Below are positions 61,435-64,000 of a stretch of DNA of 64,000 bases, one piece after another. The DNA is from an uncultured delta proteobacterium. GTDB lineage: Bacteria; Desulfobacterota; Binatia; UBA9968. How positions within the stretch are numbered: position 1 is the stretch's first letter; every line of letters starts with the position of its first letter. The notes beneath the pieces are model-generated. The model worked only from the letters and a program-made list of their open reading frames with translations. It was not told where the DNA came from and ran no database searches. The translations under genes were made by a program, and so were the position numbers. The stretch spans positions 160,001 to 224,000 of the forward strand of contig CAWDPO010000002.1 of the NCBI GenBank assembly GCA_963804165.1. Reading direction: 5' to 3'.

Positions 61435-62534
61435 TCAGCGCATCCCCAACTCATTCAACGCTTCTCTCAGCATCGCGAAGTCGACGACTTTACCCACTGG
61501 CACGGCTTCCTTCACCTGCTGATCTTTACGCGCTCGCTCGATGTCGGATTCGAGCACCCGTTCCGGAACTATTCCATTCAAGCTCATACCTTTGACGTAG
61601 ATGTCGTAGGAGGCCTGAGCGATTTTTGCTTCAAGTTTGAGCCAGTCGGCAATCACGCGCACGCTTTCCGTTTGGTTGTTTTTGATAAAAGTTTGCGCCT
61701 TCAAAAGCGCCCGCAACATTTTCTTGACCTGCGCCGGCTTCTCTCGGAGCGTATCCAGGTGCAATGCCAGGCCGGAGACGCTGGTCTCGAAGACATCGGC
61801 CGCGGCCATCAGGCGCACAAAGCCTTTGCTCTCGGCCTCGAAATTAAAAGGCGGCGGCACGATCGCGGCATCCATTTTACCGGCGAGCAAAGCCTGCAAC
61901 CTTTGTCCGCTGCCCGAAACCTGGAACGCCTGCACGTCTTTTTCCAATTCCATTCCCGCCTGCCGGAGCATGGCGCGCAGCATAAATTCAGTGGAATCCC
62001 CGTAGCCGGCAAAGCCGATCACCTTCCGCCGCAGATCCGTCAGCGTCTTGAGTTCTGGCTTGGCGACGAGAACATGGAGCGGACGACCATTAAAATACGT
62101 AACCACTTTGAGCGGCAAGCCTTTGACGGCGCTGCGCAGTCCGGCGCCCACCGCCGTGGTATATAGCCGATCTCTTTGGTCGTTACGGCGACAATCCCGA
62201 CATTGGTGGCGATACGGATAATCTCGGCATCGATCCCTTCCTCGCGAAAGAATCCCCTTGCGTAGCCAACCTGCGGCGCGATGAAGCTCAACGAAAGGCT
62301 CGGCATGCCGATACGCACTTTTTCCAATGTCTGGGCCGTGCTGAATTCTGCGCGTGCCAAGGTCAGCCCAAAGACTAAAAGGAACGGCAGTGCGAGGCGC
62401 TTCCTACGAGCCGGCGTTAGATAGCTGCTTCCGCCATTCCTGCGTCCTCCGAAATCCAGGTTCTGCGTTTTTGCCGCTGGGGGCCGCGTCCGGATACCAG
62501 CGTGCGCGGGCATAACGAGTTTGATCTCTGTCAT
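61435..62534 (-). CDS. ABC-type solute-binding protein, NMT1/SsuA family (frameshift near 62160; start uncertain)
   Basis: KVRIGMPS, GFFREEGIDAE in ORF 62040..62582; KGLPLK..PPFN in ORF 61435..62151. Confidence 0.8.
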
Positions 62535-62578
62535 CCTCGCTCCAGGCAGCCTGGTCATGTGAACATGATTCTGATCCC

Positions 62579-63546
62579 TCATCTCCCTTTGATCCCCAGT
62601 TCTTTCTGCGCTTCCCGCAGCAGCGTCGTATCCGCAACCTCACCGACAGTGACTTGCCGTGTCAATTTAGTTTCCTTCACGGCCTGATCGATCACGGCGA
62701 GCAGACCCTCGTCTGGAATACTGCCGTCGAGATTATAGACTTTGAAAGCGGAATCATACGCAGCCGCCGCTAGCGACGGCGACGTCCGGCCCCAATCGAC
62801 CAGCGTTTGGATAGTCCCCTCACGGTTTTGACGGATGAAACGATTGGCCTTGATCAACGCCTTGATGGTTCGTCTGACCTCGTCGGGCCGTTCCTTGATT
62901 TTTCTCGTGTGTGTGCCGAGTCCGACAAAGGGAAAACTGAATAATTCGTAGGCTCTCGCCAGTACGTTAAACCCCAGTTTCCGCGCTTCTTCATCAGCCG
63001 GCGGCGACATCACCGCAGCTTCAACTACGCCCTCTTTCAAAGCCGATAACCGAGCGGCGGCGGGTCCCAGCGCGACGACTTTGACATCTTTCTCAGCGTC
63101 GACGCCGAAGTGCTTTAACATCATCGTTGCCGCAACCTGGTCGGTGGCGCCGTAGGCTTGAATGCCAAGGGTCTTTCCTTTGAGATCCCTGGCGGATTTG
63201 AATTCCGGCCGTGTGATGAGCGCGTGGTCGAACCGTCGATCAAACTGGCCACGACTCTTACCGGCAAGCCGCGTATCGCGGCGCGCACCACTGAACCGAA
63301 GATCATCGTGTAATCCGTGTCGCCGCTCGCCAGCGCCGTGATCGCCACGTTGGCGTTCATGCGAATCACTTCCGCCTCGATGCCCTCCTCTTTGAAAACA
63401 CCCCTCCTTACCGCTAATCCCGACGGCAAAAAGCTCATGTTGAAATTGGTCACCGAAATTCGAATCTTGTCGGCAGCCATCGCCCAATTCGGCGGCGCGC
63501 CGACCAGCCCAATGAGAGACAACACCGCAAAGAACAAATTTTGCAT
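62579..63546 (-). CDS. ABC-type solute-binding protein, NMT1/SsuA family (frameshift near 63225)
   Basis: MQNLFFAV..ADKIRIS..FKEEGIEAE then DLKGKTLGI..ERPDEVRR; close paralog of 54576..55529. Confidence 0.83.
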
Positions 63547-63553
63547 CAGGGAA

Positions 63554-63756
63554 CTAGCGTCCTGTCTCAGAAGTTCGCGACATAATTCTCGCGTCATTCC
63601 GTCGGAAAATCTCCCCTTCCCCTCTTTGGCAAAGAGGGGTGAGAATCGCACGGAGAAAATTCCCCCTTTGAAAAAGGGGGACAAAGGGGGATTTGAGTTC
63701 AACAGTGGCTGCCATCGTTTGGACTTTTTAAACGAACTTCTGAGACGCCACACTAG
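63554..63756. mobile_element. MITE (203 bp), second copy
   Basis: Differs from 57209-57414 by a 3-bp deletion and a few substitutions; CTAG ends. Confidence 0.88.
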
Positions 63757-63761
63757 ACCTT

Positions 63762-64000
63762 TCACTTTGGATATTCTTGAGCAGCTTCGAGAATCGATTG
63801 CGCGATCGCACCATAGGCGCCGCAGCGGCAGATATTACCGCTGAGCCATTCGGCGATCTGTGCGCGGGTGGGATGGGGATTTTCAATTAACAGCGCCTTC
63901 GCCGCCATGATTTGCCCCGGCGTACAGTAGCCACACTGCGCGCCGATGTTGCGGATGAACGCTTCTTGGAGTGGATCCAACGTATCGTTCTGCGCTACGC
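63762..64000 (-). CDS. Xanthine dehydrogenase family 2Fe-2S subunit, C-terminal part (5' end beyond the window)
   Basis: LDPLQEAF, QCGYCTPG, NICRCG. Confidence 0.9.
   Translation of the reverse strand, partial: VAQNDTLDPLQEAFIRNIGAQCGYCTPGQIMAAKALLIENPHPTRAQIAEWLSGNICRCGAYGAIAQSILEAAQEYPK

Overview
A GC-rich, gene-dense bacterial window dominated by catabolic and transport genes. It holds eight NMT1/SsuA-type solute-binding proteins, three UbiD decarboxylases, amidohydrolases, LLM oxidoreductases, M24/M20 peptidases, a xanthine-dehydrogenase-family trimer, allantoinase and hsp20-lon. This gene mix resembles Candidatus Binatia-like soil bacteria (inference only). About ten genes are split by 1-bp indels, most likely long-read consensus errors. 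No rRNA, tRNA, CRISPR array, integrase or transposase was recognised. The top finding is a pair of membrane-anchored TIR-domain genes at 45661-47675. The upstream one reads through an in-frame UGA at the first Cys position of a thioredoxin motif (YSPG-U-DHC), with a bacterial SECIS-like hairpin immediately downstream. It is therefore a candidate TIR-TM-selenothioredoxin redox receptor, next to a TIR-TM-beta-barrel receptor. Other notable structures: (i) a RelE/ParE toxin-antitoxin module between two diverged copies of a ubiD 3' end, like a single-crossover integration of a ~1.08 kb circle; (ii) a four-helix-bundle (IVP/Avd-like) gene enclosed by inverted 8-mer arrays, with an empty copy of the same hairpin elsewhere; (iii) CTAG/CCAG-bounded MITE shells carrying different internal palindromes; (iv) many REP-like and short-tandem hairpin elements between genes. 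All family calls come from motif recognition by eye, not database searches.
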